Source of the DNA: Candidatus Poseidoniaceae archaeon
Lineage (GTDB): Archaea; Thermoplasmatota; Poseidoniia; Poseidoniales; Poseidoniaceae
Direction of reading: 5' to 3'
NCBI GenBank assembly: GCA_028822845.1
Contig: JAPKCS010000001.1
Coordinates: forward strand, 159,964-223,963
Length of the DNA stretch: 64,000 nucleotides
The notes beneath the pieces were generated by a model that did not search any database, was not told the DNA's origin, and worked only from the letters and a program-made list of their open reading frames with translations. Made by a program: the position numbers and the translations under genes. Shown here piece by piece: positions 10,251 to 20,200 of this stretch (position 1 is its first letter; every line of letters starts with the position of its first letter).

Positions 10251-10532
10251 GTGAACCTCATGACAAACGCAACCAGTCTCCCTGATGTAACCGTTGGAAC
10301 CGGCGAACCGGCTTCCAGTCGTATTCTTTTGACCCTCCTCTTTGTGGGCGTCATCGGCATGCTCGCTCTGTTCTCAAATGTCTTTGGATGGGATAACATC
10401 CCTCTCCTCGGCGAACTCGTGCCATTGATCGGTAATCTCGGCGGCAGTGGCATCTGGTACTACCTCATTGGGCTCTTGATTGGCCTAGGTGCGATTGTTG
10501 CATCGGTTTTAGCAGAGGTTATCGTCGATTAG
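10251..10532 (+). CDS. Small two-TM membrane protein
   Basis: 93-aa ORF with two hydrophobic helices (ILLTLLFVGVIGMLALF; IWYYLIGLLIGLGAIVASVLA). Directly precedes the large EF-hand membrane protein. GTG start, alternative ATG 10260. Confidence 0.6.
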   Translation: MNLMTNATSLPDVTVGTGEPASSRILLTLLFVGVIGMLALFSNVFGWDNIPLLGELVPLIGNLGGSGIWYYLIGLLIGLGAIVASVLAEVIVD

Positions 10533-10538
10533 GAGGTG
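10531..10538 (+). promoter_or_regulatory. Shine-Dalgarno-like ribosome-binding site (GGAGGTG) for the 10545 gene
   Basis: AGGAGGTG lies 6 nt upstream of the ATG at 10545 and overlaps the stop codon of the upstream small ORF. Confidence 0.5.
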
Positions 10539-10544
10539 TGATGT

Positions 10545-12524
10545 ATGGAAACCGTCTTCATTACTTCCGGCCTTTTGCTTGTCATCCTTGCGCTGACAGC
10601 AAATTACCTCGTCAAAGGCATCGGTGGCATGAGTGCCCCCTTGCAACAAATCGGTCTATTCTTGCTTAACAAAGCCCCAGCCGGTCTCATTGACCTGTTC
10701 AATGACGAAGCAGGAAGTGGAAGCAAAACATGGATCCGATTCGGTATGGTTTGGTTTTTGTTTGCAGCCATTGCTTCTTTCCTCGGCCTATGGCACAGTT
10801 ATGACGGTGCTGCATTGGATTCCCTTGCCAGCATTGGCTGGTCGTACGACGACGGTTCGATGCTCACCACGTACTCGAATGTCTTCTTTATGACGGCGCT
10901 CAATTACATGCTCGTCGGTGGCGCTCTTGTTGCGGTTTCCCGAACTGCAAAAGGCCGATTGGCCAGTGAAAAGAGCGCATCCATGGTCGCTTTGCTGTTG
11001 ACAGTATCAACAGTAGCCTACCTCTTGTTACCAGCGCTTCTCTCCTTCGTGTCTTTGGATAACGAGGCTGGCATCATTGAGAATGTTACCAACCTGTCTT
11101 CCTATGTCCTTGGAGGTCTGCTCCACGCTGCGATTTTGATCAACGTTTTGATCACCGTTGCAAACCGTGATTCAGAGAACCTTACGCCAACGACCTGGTT
11201 CCTCGTTCTCGCCCTTGTGGCTAAGATTGCAGGTGGAATGATGGCCTTCTTTGGTGAACTTGCTGGTTCTTCGCAGACGGTTTGGATGGCTGAACACGTG
11301 ATCACCGGATGGGTACCACTCGCCCTCATGTTTGGACTTGCATACCACATCATCCCGTACACAACAGGCACGCCTGTTTGGTCCGAATCCCTGCTCAAGG
11401 TCAACATGGTCTTGCTCTTCCTCACCGTTCCACCGTTCTACATGGCGGCTGCTTCAAGCGCTGAGTTGCTCCAAAACCTCGGTGCAATCCTGCTCACCCT
11501 TGGCTTACTGCCAATCCTTGCAGGTTCGTTCAACCTCCTGATCACAGCAAAATCCAATGCAGAAGCAATTGTCAAGAGTCCAGGTGCATTTGCAGCAACA
11601 GGAGCCATGCTCCTCTTGCCAGTGTTCGCCGTTGGCGGGTACTTCACCGGCATGGATGTCTTCGTCGGCCTCGGTAACCTTGGCACCATGGCTGAAACTG
11701 TGGATCAAGGATTCATGTACACTGTTGGCGGTCTTATGATGCTTGCAAGCATCTTCACAGCCTACCCACTGGCTGCTCGCAAGCAACTTGCAAACCCCTC
11801 GAACGCCCAACTCGCTGTTTGGTTCACTTTGATTGGTGGAGCCACATCAACCATCGTTCGCCTGATGGGAGATTTCACCACCCAGGCCGTGGTCAACTCT
11901 GGCGTTGAAGACGCCGTTCCATCGAGTGGCGGCTTCCTTCTGGTATCCTCTGCTCTGTTCTACCTCTGCGCTCTTGCTGCCATCATGGCTGCTTTGATCA
12001 TGATTCGGACCGGAAACCGAAGCAATGCAGATGCCGAGGAATCAACCACATTGAGCGACATTAATGCCTACACACTTGTGGAAGGAACAACGACCATCCG
12101 CACCCTTCTGGGCCGTGGCGTCGGTATCGACACTCAACTCAACATCGGCCACACGGAAGAAGAATCGGGATCGACCATCATTGCCGTTGGCGCCCATTTG
12201 CACAACGACGAAGTGACAGAATTCCCAGACGATGGAAAAGAATCAGCGCAAGAACTCGTCATGCTTGCAGATTACCTCGCCAAATCTGACCTGACCCTTG
12301 CTCAATTCTTCAAATCCATTGACTTGGATGGCTCAGGGACCGTTGATGGCTATGAATTCCAAAAAGCGTTGAAGGGAGCAGAGATCGCCAACCTTCCTCC
12401 ATGGGAAATGGGTGCATTGCTTGAAGCAATGGATCTTGATGGTGATGGAAAGCTCAACCTCCCAGAACTCCAGATAGCTTTGATGAAGATCCAAGCAAGT
12501 CAAGGCAGTTCAGAAGAAGAGTGA
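10545..12524 (+). CDS. Polytopic (~13 TM) membrane protein with C-terminal pair of EF-hand Ca2+-binding motifs; possible degenerate heme-copper oxidase subunit I-like fold
   Basis: About 13 hydrophobic helices over roughly the first 500 aa. Soluble tail with canonical EF loops DLDGSGTVDGYE (12321..12356) and DLDGDGKLNLPE (12432..12467). The segment AEHVITGWVPLALMFGLAYHIIPYTTG resembles the CoxI helix VI-VII region by eye. Confidence 0.8.
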   Translation: METVFITSGLLLVILALTANYLVKGIGGMSAPLQQIGLFLLNKAPAGLIDLFNDEAGSGSKTWIRFGMVWFLFAAIASFLGLWHSYDGAALDSLASIGWSYDDGSMLTTYSNVFFMTALNYMLVGGALVAVSRTAKGRLASEKSASMVALLLTVSTVAYLLLPALLSFVSLDNEAGIIENVTNLSSYVLGGLLHAAILINVLITVANRDSENLTPTTWFLVLALVAKIAGGMMAFFGELAGSSQTVWMAEHVITGWVPLALMFGLAYHIIPYTTGTPVWSESLLKVNMVLLFLTVPPFYMAAASSAELLQNLGAILLTLGLLPILAGSFNLLITAKSNAEAIVKSPGAFAATGAMLLLPVFAVGGYFTGMDVFVGLGNLGTMAETVDQGFMYTVGGLMMLASIFTAYPLAARKQLANPSNAQLAVWFTLIGGATSTIVRLMGDFTTQAVVNSGVEDAVPSSGGFLLVSSALFYLCALAAIMAALIMIRTGNRSNADAEESTTLSDINAYTLVEGTTTIRTLLGRGVGIDTQLNIGHTEEESGSTIIAVGAHLHNDEVTEFPDDGKESAQELVMLADYLAKSDLTLAQFFKSIDLDGSGTVDGYEFQKALKGAEIANLPPWEMGALLEAMDLDGDGKLNLPELQIALMKIQASQGSSEEE

Positions 12525-13834
12525 TCTCGTTAAACGTGGATGTGAACAAGGTGCGAATCGGCCTTGTTGGCAAACCAAATGTTGGCAAATCAACATTCTT
12601 CAGTGCTGCTACTTTAGCCAAAGTCGACATTGCGAATTACCCCTTCTGTACCATTGAACCAAACGTCGGTGTCGCCTTTGTTGCAGCTCGCCTTCCATGC
12701 CCCTGCAAGGACCTTCGAGCGAAACTGGAAGCTGAAGGAAGGCTTGACCCCGTTGCAGATGACGATGCGAGGGAAGGCAGCTTGTGCGAACCTCGTACTG
12801 GTTCATGCGTCGGCCACCGCCGACTTGTACCTTGTTTCCTCGTCGATATTGCGGGCCTGGTTCCCGGTGCGAGTGAGGGCCGTGGGCGTGGCAATGCCTT
12901 CTTGGCCGACCTTGCCAACTGCAACGCTCTGATTCAGGTGGTGGATGCAGCAGGCAGCACCGATCTTGAAGGCAACCCCCAGGGATTGAACCAGACGGTT
13001 GAAATCGCTCGCTCGAGGGTGAATGAAGAAATTGAATTCCTTGGCTTCGAACTTGATGCTTGGATTGCAGGTCTGCTGAGCGATGGGTGGGTTCGAGGCG
13101 TCCGACGCGTGCAAGCAGAAGGCGACAAAGGATTGGTTTCCTTCATCCATGAACGGCTGACAGGGCTTGGAGCAACCCTTCAATCGGTCACTCTCGCACA
13201 TGAAGCATTTCGCTCAGAGCAAACTGAACTGGGCTCCCCTTGGGATTGGAATGGATCCGTCATCGCTTCCCTTGCCGTCCATTTGCGAAAGGCGTTGTTC
13301 CCAATTCATATCGCTGCGAACAAATTTGATGTCGCTCCTGCGGGTGTGTTAGACGGCGTGGTGGCGAATGGCATCATCGTGCCCTGCATGGCCGATGTTG
13401 AACTCGGTCTGCGACGTGCAGCAGGTGCGGAACTGATCGCCTATGTTCCTGGTTCGAGTGGGTTTGCGTTTACTGACGCCTCTTCATTGAATGATGCCCA
13501 ACTCAAAGCCTTAGATCACATGCAAGAACGCCTTCACTCCAATCAAGGAACAGGCGTGGCTACCGTGCTTGACACCGTGTTGTTCGACGAACTGGACCAC
13601 ATTGTTGTGTACCCCGTCCAAGACGAAGCACGATGGACGGATGGTGATGGGAAAATTCTCCCCGATGCCTTCGTCGTTCCATCTGCAATCTTAGCAAAGG
13701 CCCTTGCATACAAGGTACACAGTGACCTCGGTGACGGATTTATTCGCGGTGTTGACGGACGAAGTCGCCGAGTTGTTGGCTCAGATTATGAACTTCAAGA
13801 CGGTGATGTGTTGAAGATACACGCTAAATCGTGA
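12521..13834 (+). CDS. ychF: YchF/OLA1-family P-loop GTPase/ATPase with C-terminal TGS-like domain
   Basis: GKPNVGKSTFF P-loop. NYPFCTIEPNVG signature. C-terminal ...YELQDGDVLKIH (TGS-like). The GTG start overlaps the upstream TGA (GTGA). Confidence 0.85.
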   Translation: MISLNVDVNKVRIGLVGKPNVGKSTFFSAATLAKVDIANYPFCTIEPNVGVAFVAARLPCPCKDLRAKLEAEGRLDPVADDDAREGSLCEPRTGSCVGHRRLVPCFLVDIAGLVPGASEGRGRGNAFLADLANCNALIQVVDAAGSTDLEGNPQGLNQTVEIARSRVNEEIEFLGFELDAWIAGLLSDGWVRGVRRVQAEGDKGLVSFIHERLTGLGATLQSVTLAHEAFRSEQTELGSPWDWNGSVIASLAVHLRKALFPIHIAANKFDVAPAGVLDGVVANGIIVPCMADVELGLRRAAGAELIAYVPGSSGFAFTDASSLNDAQLKALDHMQERLHSNQGTGVATVLDTVLFDELDHIVVYPVQDEARWTDGDGKILPDAFVVPSAILAKALAYKVHSDLGDGFIRGVDGRSRRVVGSDYELQDGDVLKIHAKS

Positions 13835-14221
13835 TCAGTGGCCTTTTGGTCGCTCATAAGCAGGCGTAAGCCGTGCCATGTCTCCCGAATATTGGCCACC
13901 ACGGTAGATGAACCAAACAGGTGTGATCAAGGTCAAGACGAGGAAGAGGAGGAGGAAGTAGAAGCCCCATGGCTGAACATCCTTGAGCACCATGATCCAA
14001 AGGGTCCACAGCAAAGGGATGTAGAGGAAGATGCTGTACCTTCGAGCCATGATTTGAAGACGAGCGCTTCCGGTACCGCTGTCAAACATGTTTGCAGCAT
14101 CCTCTTTGGACACCAAACCTTTCTCAACTCCGCAGCGAACACAGACTTGGCTCATTGGGCCATTTCCATGAATGAACTGCTCACGGGGATAGGTGCTCGA
14201 GCAATGACGGCAGGTTGGCAT
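13835..14221 (-). CDS. Zinc-ribbon membrane protein (function unknown)
   Basis: N-terminal CRHC...CVRC zinc-ribbon pattern followed by two TM helices. Preferred over the antisense ORF 13838..14281, which lacks protein-like features. Confidence 0.6.
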   Translation of the reverse strand: MPTCRHCSSTYPREQFIHGNGPMSQVCVRCGVEKGLVSKEDAANMFDSGTGSARLQIMARRYSIFLYIPLLWTLWIMVLKDVQPWGFYFLLLFLVLTLITPVWFIYRGGQYSGDMARLTPAYERPKGH

Positions 14222-14258
14222 GGTCTTCCCTCAAACCGTCCCACACACTCAAGATTCT

Positions 14259-16514
14259 TCAAGCATCCGCTCTCATCTTGAGGAAATTACGCAGCACTTT
14301 GATTCCATTTGGAGAGCCAACAGACTCTGGATGGAATTGAACCCCGAAGACCATGTCTTTTTCATGACGAATCCCCATGATGTCTCCTGTTGATTCGAGG
14401 TGCGCAGTTTCAACCCAAGTGGAACCACCTTTGTTCACGAGAACCAGTGAGTTGTACAATGCAAAGGGATGTGGTGAATCAAGCCCTTCGAAAACATGAG
14501 TTTGTTCGTGCCTTGTCGCTCGAGGTGAGCCATGCACGGGGCCTGAAGGGACTTGGATCAGTTCCATACCCGCAGCGACACCGAGGGCTTGATGCCCGAG
14601 GCAGATGCCCAAGATTGGCAGGCTGAGACGTCCGCTAACCGCTTGGTTTGCAATCTCGAGGGTGAGGGGTGAGTCGCTTGGTTCACCGGGCCCTGGCCCG
14701 AGGATGACATGGGTCGGGTTTAGCCGTTGGACAAGGGATGCAAACACTTCTGCTTCTGTGGCTGTGTGTTCGATGGCCGATCGTGATTGATGAATCACAA
14801 CGGTGTGGCCGAGGCCTGCAATAGCGTGAGCGATGTTCTGAGTAAACGAATCAAGGTTATCGATCAACAGCACGCACTGTTCCAATTCCAGCTCTTCAGT
14901 ATCTGGGTAAATGCGTCCTTCTTCCACAAGTGTGGGCACAGGTTCTGGCTCAAGTGCATGAATTTCTAATCGGCCTTGGGGAAGGTCTCCAATCTTTTGT
15001 GCATCCCATCCGCAAGCTGTTCGAAGTGCGGCAGCTTTCCATTTTGCTTCTTCAACTTCATTGGTGGGGGATGAGCCAATGGTGATCCCGCCGCCTGCTG
15101 CAATTGCACCATGCCACTGCTTCTTGGTTTTGTGTGCAATCAATGTTCGAATCAAAATGTTCCAGGCAGATGCACCTGAATGGGCATCAAACCAGCCGAT
15201 GGACCCAGTCCAGAATGAACGGGGTCGCGCTTCAAGTTCATCGATGGTGGCACAGACAACAGTGCGTGGACATCCGGTGATGCTGCCACCCGGGAACACT
15301 GCTTGCAAAGCGTCGAGTGAGGTCACACCTTCGGATAAATTTCCAGTCACTTGGGACACGAGGTGTTGAACAGTGGCATAAGCCTCCACGTCAAACCGCT
15401 CGACTTTGATGGAACCAACAGCGCATACAGAGCCCAAATCATTGCGCATAAGGTCGACAAGCATTCGATGTTCAGCACGCTCCTTTTCGTCATTGAGCAT
15501 CTCAAAGCGCAGTTCCTTTTCTTGTTCAGCAGTCGCTCCACGAGGCCGAGTGCCTTTGATTGGTGACGTTTTCAATCTTTTTCCGTCCGACCGGAGCAAC
15601 AATTCTGGAGACGAACTTACCAAAGCAAGCCCAAGATCATCTGAATGAAGGTATGCGGAGAATGGCGCTGGGTTGGTATGGCACAGACGCTCAAAAATGG
15701 TTCTTGGGTGCTCATTGAGTAGTCCCTCCCACCATCTTCCAAGGTTCACTTGGTAGAGTTGGCCCGCAGCAATGCTCTTTCGGATTGTTTCAATCCCTTG
15801 TTCGTGTTCAGCATCGGACATGCTGGAGACCTCAGGGTGAGGGTTGGTGTGATGTGACGGAGGGTGCCATTCGGAGGCGGTTTCTTTCAGGGCATTGACA
15901 CGCTCTGCCCAATCATCGCCTTCCACTGCAAAGGCCTCGGTTTGACCCGTTGCTCGGGTTTCGACAACAAAGCGCTCAACCAACCACAGCACACAGAGGA
16001 TGCTGCCTTCTTTTGGCGGGTGTTGTAATGCAAGTGGTTGCGTCCATTGGACGAGGTCGTACGCGAGGCTTCCCGCCCAAAATGGTCGTTGTGGTAGTTC
16101 ATTTGCTGGAAGTTCGGTGAAGGTTTTTGAATTGGAGAATCCTTTCAGTTTCCCCAACAATCCTGCAAGAGTCTCGTCAAAAATCGATGTCGCGTGGTAC
16201 CAACAGCCATGCTTCCATTCTTCGATTCGTCCGACCAATTGGACCGATTGTTGGGCGAGGAGTGTTTCTCCTTCGCTTGGCTTGTGAGGTGGTGCAGGAT
16301 CAATCGAGGGCTGACGAACAATGAACCGTCGGGAAGAGGGTCCAGAGAACATTGAGTGTGTTGACAGGTGCGAAGCAGGACCACCTGAAAGGAGAACCAC
16401 TTCATCAGGACCGCCGTACTTAATCGCAGATGGACCAACCAGTCCAGCTCGTTCAAGATGGTGCATGAGGGCCAACGTACGCTCTTCGATGGTCACGCCC
16501 CCACATGACTCCAA
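14259..16514 (-). CDS. Fused aminodeoxychorismate (or anthranilate) synthase: component I (PabB/TrpE-like) N-terminal, glutamine amidotransferase (PabA/TrpG-like) C-terminal
   Basis: Chorismate-binding motifs SSSPELLLR, PIKGTRPRG, MLVDLMRNDLG, FPGGSITGCP and AAGGGIT. C-terminal GATase triad motifs GICLGHQ and GVQFHPES. Alternative start ATG 16466. Confidence 0.85.
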   Translation of the reverse strand: MESCGGVTIEERTLALMHHLERAGLVGPSAIKYGGPDEVVLLSGGPASHLSTHSMFSGPSSRRFIVRQPSIDPAPPHKPSEGETLLAQQSVQLVGRIEEWKHGCWYHATSIFDETLAGLLGKLKGFSNSKTFTELPANELPQRPFWAGSLAYDLVQWTQPLALQHPPKEGSILCVLWLVERFVVETRATGQTEAFAVEGDDWAERVNALKETASEWHPPSHHTNPHPEVSSMSDAEHEQGIETIRKSIAAGQLYQVNLGRWWEGLLNEHPRTIFERLCHTNPAPFSAYLHSDDLGLALVSSSPELLLRSDGKRLKTSPIKGTRPRGATAEQEKELRFEMLNDEKERAEHRMLVDLMRNDLGSVCAVGSIKVERFDVEAYATVQHLVSQVTGNLSEGVTSLDALQAVFPGGSITGCPRTVVCATIDELEARPRSFWTGSIGWFDAHSGASAWNILIRTLIAHKTKKQWHGAIAAGGGITIGSSPTNEVEEAKWKAAALRTACGWDAQKIGDLPQGRLEIHALEPEPVPTLVEEGRIYPDTEELELEQCVLLIDNLDSFTQNIAHAIAGLGHTVVIHQSRSAIEHTATEAEVFASLVQRLNPTHVILGPGPGEPSDSPLTLEIANQAVSGRLSLPILGICLGHQALGVAAGMELIQVPSGPVHGSPRATRHEQTHVFEGLDSPHPFALYNSLVLVNKGGSTWVETAHLESTGDIMGIRHEKDMVFGVQFHPESVGSPNGIKVLRNFLKMRADA

Positions 16515-17275
16515 GCGTTGTCGTTTTCATAGTGTTGGGTCAGTAAGGTTTGACATTTCTCAGTGAAGCCGCGTTCTTCACCAACAGCTTCTCCATCGAT
16601 TGATTCGATTCTTGCTGCTCCAATGCCACTGCCCAAAGCGACAACTTCCAACGCCCTTGCGATGAGCCGTTCATTGAGCCTTCCTCGATGGACGGGGATC
16701 CCTTCACTTTCCAACATCGGCGCTAAGGCTTCGGCGGTGATGCTCGAAACACCACCTTCACTTCTTTCTGCGAGCCAAGCAGTTCCATCCTCATCAAAAA
16801 CAACCGGTGTGGCACGATCCGCATCCACCACTGCAAAGTCGTGGATTAAGAGTGCAAGGTCTGCTCCTTTGGAATCAGCAATTTTACTTGCCTCGCGATA
16901 AGGCTGCCAATCGCCATGTTTTGTTCCATTAACTTTAGGCGACCAACGCGGGGCTGGAAGGGTGATTGCCTCAACGCCTTCATTTCGCAAATCAAACGTT
17001 CGTGCCTCGACGGAAAGGTCACCAGTGCGCGTTAATTGAACTCGAATCAACCCGAGAGGCGTGCATGGGTGCGATGAAACTTGATGCTTCACGCTCTTTT
17101 GCCAAACCTTGGCAAAATCTTGGCCCATGTCATCAGGCCATGGAATTCGTAAGCGACGGGCATGCTGCTCCATTCGTTTCAACTGAGGGCCAAAGTCTGC
17201 GAGGTGGCTGCCTTGGTCCCAGACAATGGTGGTGAACACGCTGTCACGTGGGTTCGACTCAATTGATTCCGGCAT
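16493..17275 (-). CDS. Fold-type IV PLP enzyme, aminodeoxychorismate lyase (PabC)-like
   Basis: 260-aa ORF with a class-IV aminotransferase-like pattern: GTKHGDW, GADLALLIH, SSITAEAL...GIPVHRGRL..., LEVVALGSGIGAARIESIDG. Its 3' end overlaps the start of the PabB-PabA fusion. Confidence 0.65.
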   Translation of the reverse strand: MPESIESNPRDSVFTTIVWDQGSHLADFGPQLKRMEQHARRLRIPWPDDMGQDFAKVWQKSVKHQVSSHPCTPLGLIRVQLTRTGDLSVEARTFDLRNEGVEAITLPAPRWSPKVNGTKHGDWQPYREASKIADSKGADLALLIHDFAVVDADRATPVVFDEDGTAWLAERSEGGVSSITAEALAPMLESEGIPVHRGRLNERLIARALEVVALGSGIGAARIESIDGEAVGEERGFTEKCQTLLTQHYENDNAWSHVGA

Positions 17276-17284
17276 CCTTCATCC

Positions 17285-20200
17285 TCAGAGCAAGTCATCC
17301 AAGAAGGATGTGTCAATGGTCTTCGCTGGTTGAGCTGGCGCATTTCCTACACCCAGATCGTTCAACAGGTTGTTGTTCTGAACTGGCTGCATGACAGGCT
17401 GGTTTGCCTGGTATTGTGTCCTTCCATAGATGTCCTGCTGGCCTGCTGGTTGAGCGTACATGTTGGTTGCAGGTGCCGCTACGGCAGCTGGTTGTGCTGC
17501 GGTGGTTGGCGGCGCAGGTGGTGCAGGTGGTGCAGTTGAATCAGCATCACTCCATCCCTGGTCGTCTTGAATACCCCAAGTTGCTTCTTGAAGTTCCCAT
17601 GATTTGGAACGACCACGCTGATTTCCACGGGATCGAATCACGGCGACAAAGAGGATCACAGCTGTTAGGAACAAGCCTGCAGCAAGCATGTTCGGAGTGG
17701 TCAAAAGCGATGAGAACTCAGCGCCATCGTTGGCACCTTCTTCGCCAATATTTCCACTTCCAACAGCGTTGAAAGCATCCAGCATAACGGGTGAAACGGC
17801 TTGTTTCTCAAACAGGTCGTCTTCCGCGCTCACGGCCACATACCAGGCCGTGGCGTTGGTGAGGTCTCCGAAGGAATCAGATGTGATCAAGAAGGAGTTT
17901 GATTGCTTCACTCCAGCCAACCAAGTCGCTTCCAAGGTCGTCGAATATTCTTCTTCAGCGATGTAGATGTTGTAGCCTTCAATGTCTTCATTCTGTGAAA
18001 GCGTCCATGTCACCAAAATATTGGTTTCATCAACCCAAGTAAGGGCGATGCCACCCACATCCGGCAAGTAATCGCCCTTTGCATCAACGCCATCGTCAAC
18101 CGATTGTGAAGACACGGTCACGAGGTCGGAGGTGAATGCGTTATCAGAGGTGTCCCGTACCACAACAACAGCCCAAATTTCTTGGCCCGGTATGACTGGT
18201 GTGTCACCGGCAACCAAGTCAATGGTGAGCGGGAGGGTTGGAGCTCGTTCGAGTATGGCAACTGGTGTGCTTGGGCCAAGTGTTCCTGGTCCGACGCTCG
18301 TGAACGACCATGTTGCGGCGTAGACTTCGTAGGATCCAACATCGCTTGCTGTGCTCAAATTAAATTCAAGCATCAGTGCGCTGCCATCATCGTTTGGACG
18401 GTCGAACAAATCAATCGCTTCAAGACGAGCAGGAGCCTCAACGTCTTGTTCGTTATCGATTGGAGTGACTGTTGCTTGAACCAAGTCCGTGAGGTACACA
18501 TTGCCAGCGAGGTCATGAACGGTCACGACAACATAGAGTTCGATGTTGGGCCGAATTGGTTGCGGCGTCGTCTGGGTGATGTCCATCAGGTTACCTTGGC
18601 CACCATAAAGGGCAGATGAGATGGTAACCTCGATTGGATTAAACTCTTCATCGACCCATTGCTTGTTGATTTTCAGGCATCCACAAAGGTCCGAGTTTTC
18701 GCCAAATGCAGCCCATGCAGCCGAGAGGTCTGTGAGGGGTTGATCTGCGGCCCACACCGTGTAATGTGAGAAGTCGTCCGCATCAGAGATGGACCACAGA
18801 ACATCGATTGCAGTTCCGTCATCTTCTGGATGATCGAAGGCCTGAACCGTGGTGATTCGGCTTGGGGTCGTGCCGCTTCCAGCGGTGTTACGGAGCGGTG
18901 TGACGTTGATCAGATCGACATCTTCGAAGTTGACGTTCAACCAATCATCGTAAGCCACGACGCCAACATAGTACATCTGCCCGTCTTGGAGTGCAACTCC
19001 GTCAATGCTTGTGACGATCGTTGATTCTTCAGAACAGTCGTTGATGATCTTAGCCTGGGAAAATCCGAATTCTGTGAATAACATTTGCTCATTCTCGGCA
19101 TCAGCATCTTCCCATAGGCGCATGAAGACAGCGTAGAAAGTGCAGTCCTCTGCCGGGTTTACATCCCATGAAACGGTGATTCGTCCACCGTCATCGTCAG
19201 GTGTGTCAATGGCTGCAACGTTTTCCATCTTTGGTGGAGCCGTGTTGTCGTTCAAGCCACCGGTTGGAACGAATGGTCCAACGATGAGAGCGTTCGACAA
19301 GTCTTCTTGCCCAGCTTCGTCGACACACGTGAGGCCGAGCCAATACGGCTGGCCTGGTTCAAGTGCGAGCACCGTCGAATTTCCTTCCATCTTCATGACT
19401 TCAGATTCAGGTGTAAGGCCCAACACATCGGTCATTGGTTGAGTGGAAGTGTAGATGTTGGTTTGAGCTAAGTCGAGGCTTGTGCATCGTGCCCATTCGA
19501 CATCGAGATCGCCATCTTCGCCACCTTCGTGAGGTCCAGCGTTCGCCCAAATTGGCGGTAGAGGTACTTCGTCACTTGGTGAGGCGGGGCCGAGCTCCGC
19601 TGATGGGGTGCCCAAGCGACCATCGTCATATTCGACAACGACGATTGCGTAGTAGTCTGTCCCATCGACCAGTGGTACACCGTTTGCAGTGGTGATTTCG
19701 CTCGACAGGCGGCTGTGAAGGGAAATGGCCTTGTCGATTTGCCTGTTCGTTAAATCGAAGTCATCAATCATTCCACCCACAATGAATGGGCCTTCGTTGA
19801 CATAAATCAGGTAACGTGCAAAGTCGTCATCGTGAACAAGGCTCCAATCGGCGAGCAATGCGCCACCGCCATCGTCAGCGCGATCAACTAAATCAGTAAG
19901 TTCAATTGGTGTTTCGACCTTGATGTAATCGTAGATCAGACGAACATGCATTGAACCATTTGACGGTGAGCGGAGTGTCAGTTGGAGGAATTGAGTTCCG
20001 TTGACGATGACGCCGTTATCAACAGCCATTTGCATGGTGGTTTCGAAATCTGGATTGTTGTTGAGTTCAATGGTTGCGTTGTACTTCAGGCTAACAGATT
20101 TCGCCCATGTTGCTGCGTTGTTTACCGGAGAAGTGAACGCCAACGGCACCGTTTGGAACATGATTCCGTTTGTGCCTTCAACGCCGAACGTTGGATCGAG

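Noticed and set aside
13838-14281. 147-aa plus-strand ORF antisense to the zinc-ribbon membrane protein gene
   Set aside because: The minus-strand ORF has a CxxC...CxxC ribbon and two clean TM helices. The plus-strand translation contains an EEEEEE run mirrored from the Leu/Phe codons and has no motifs.
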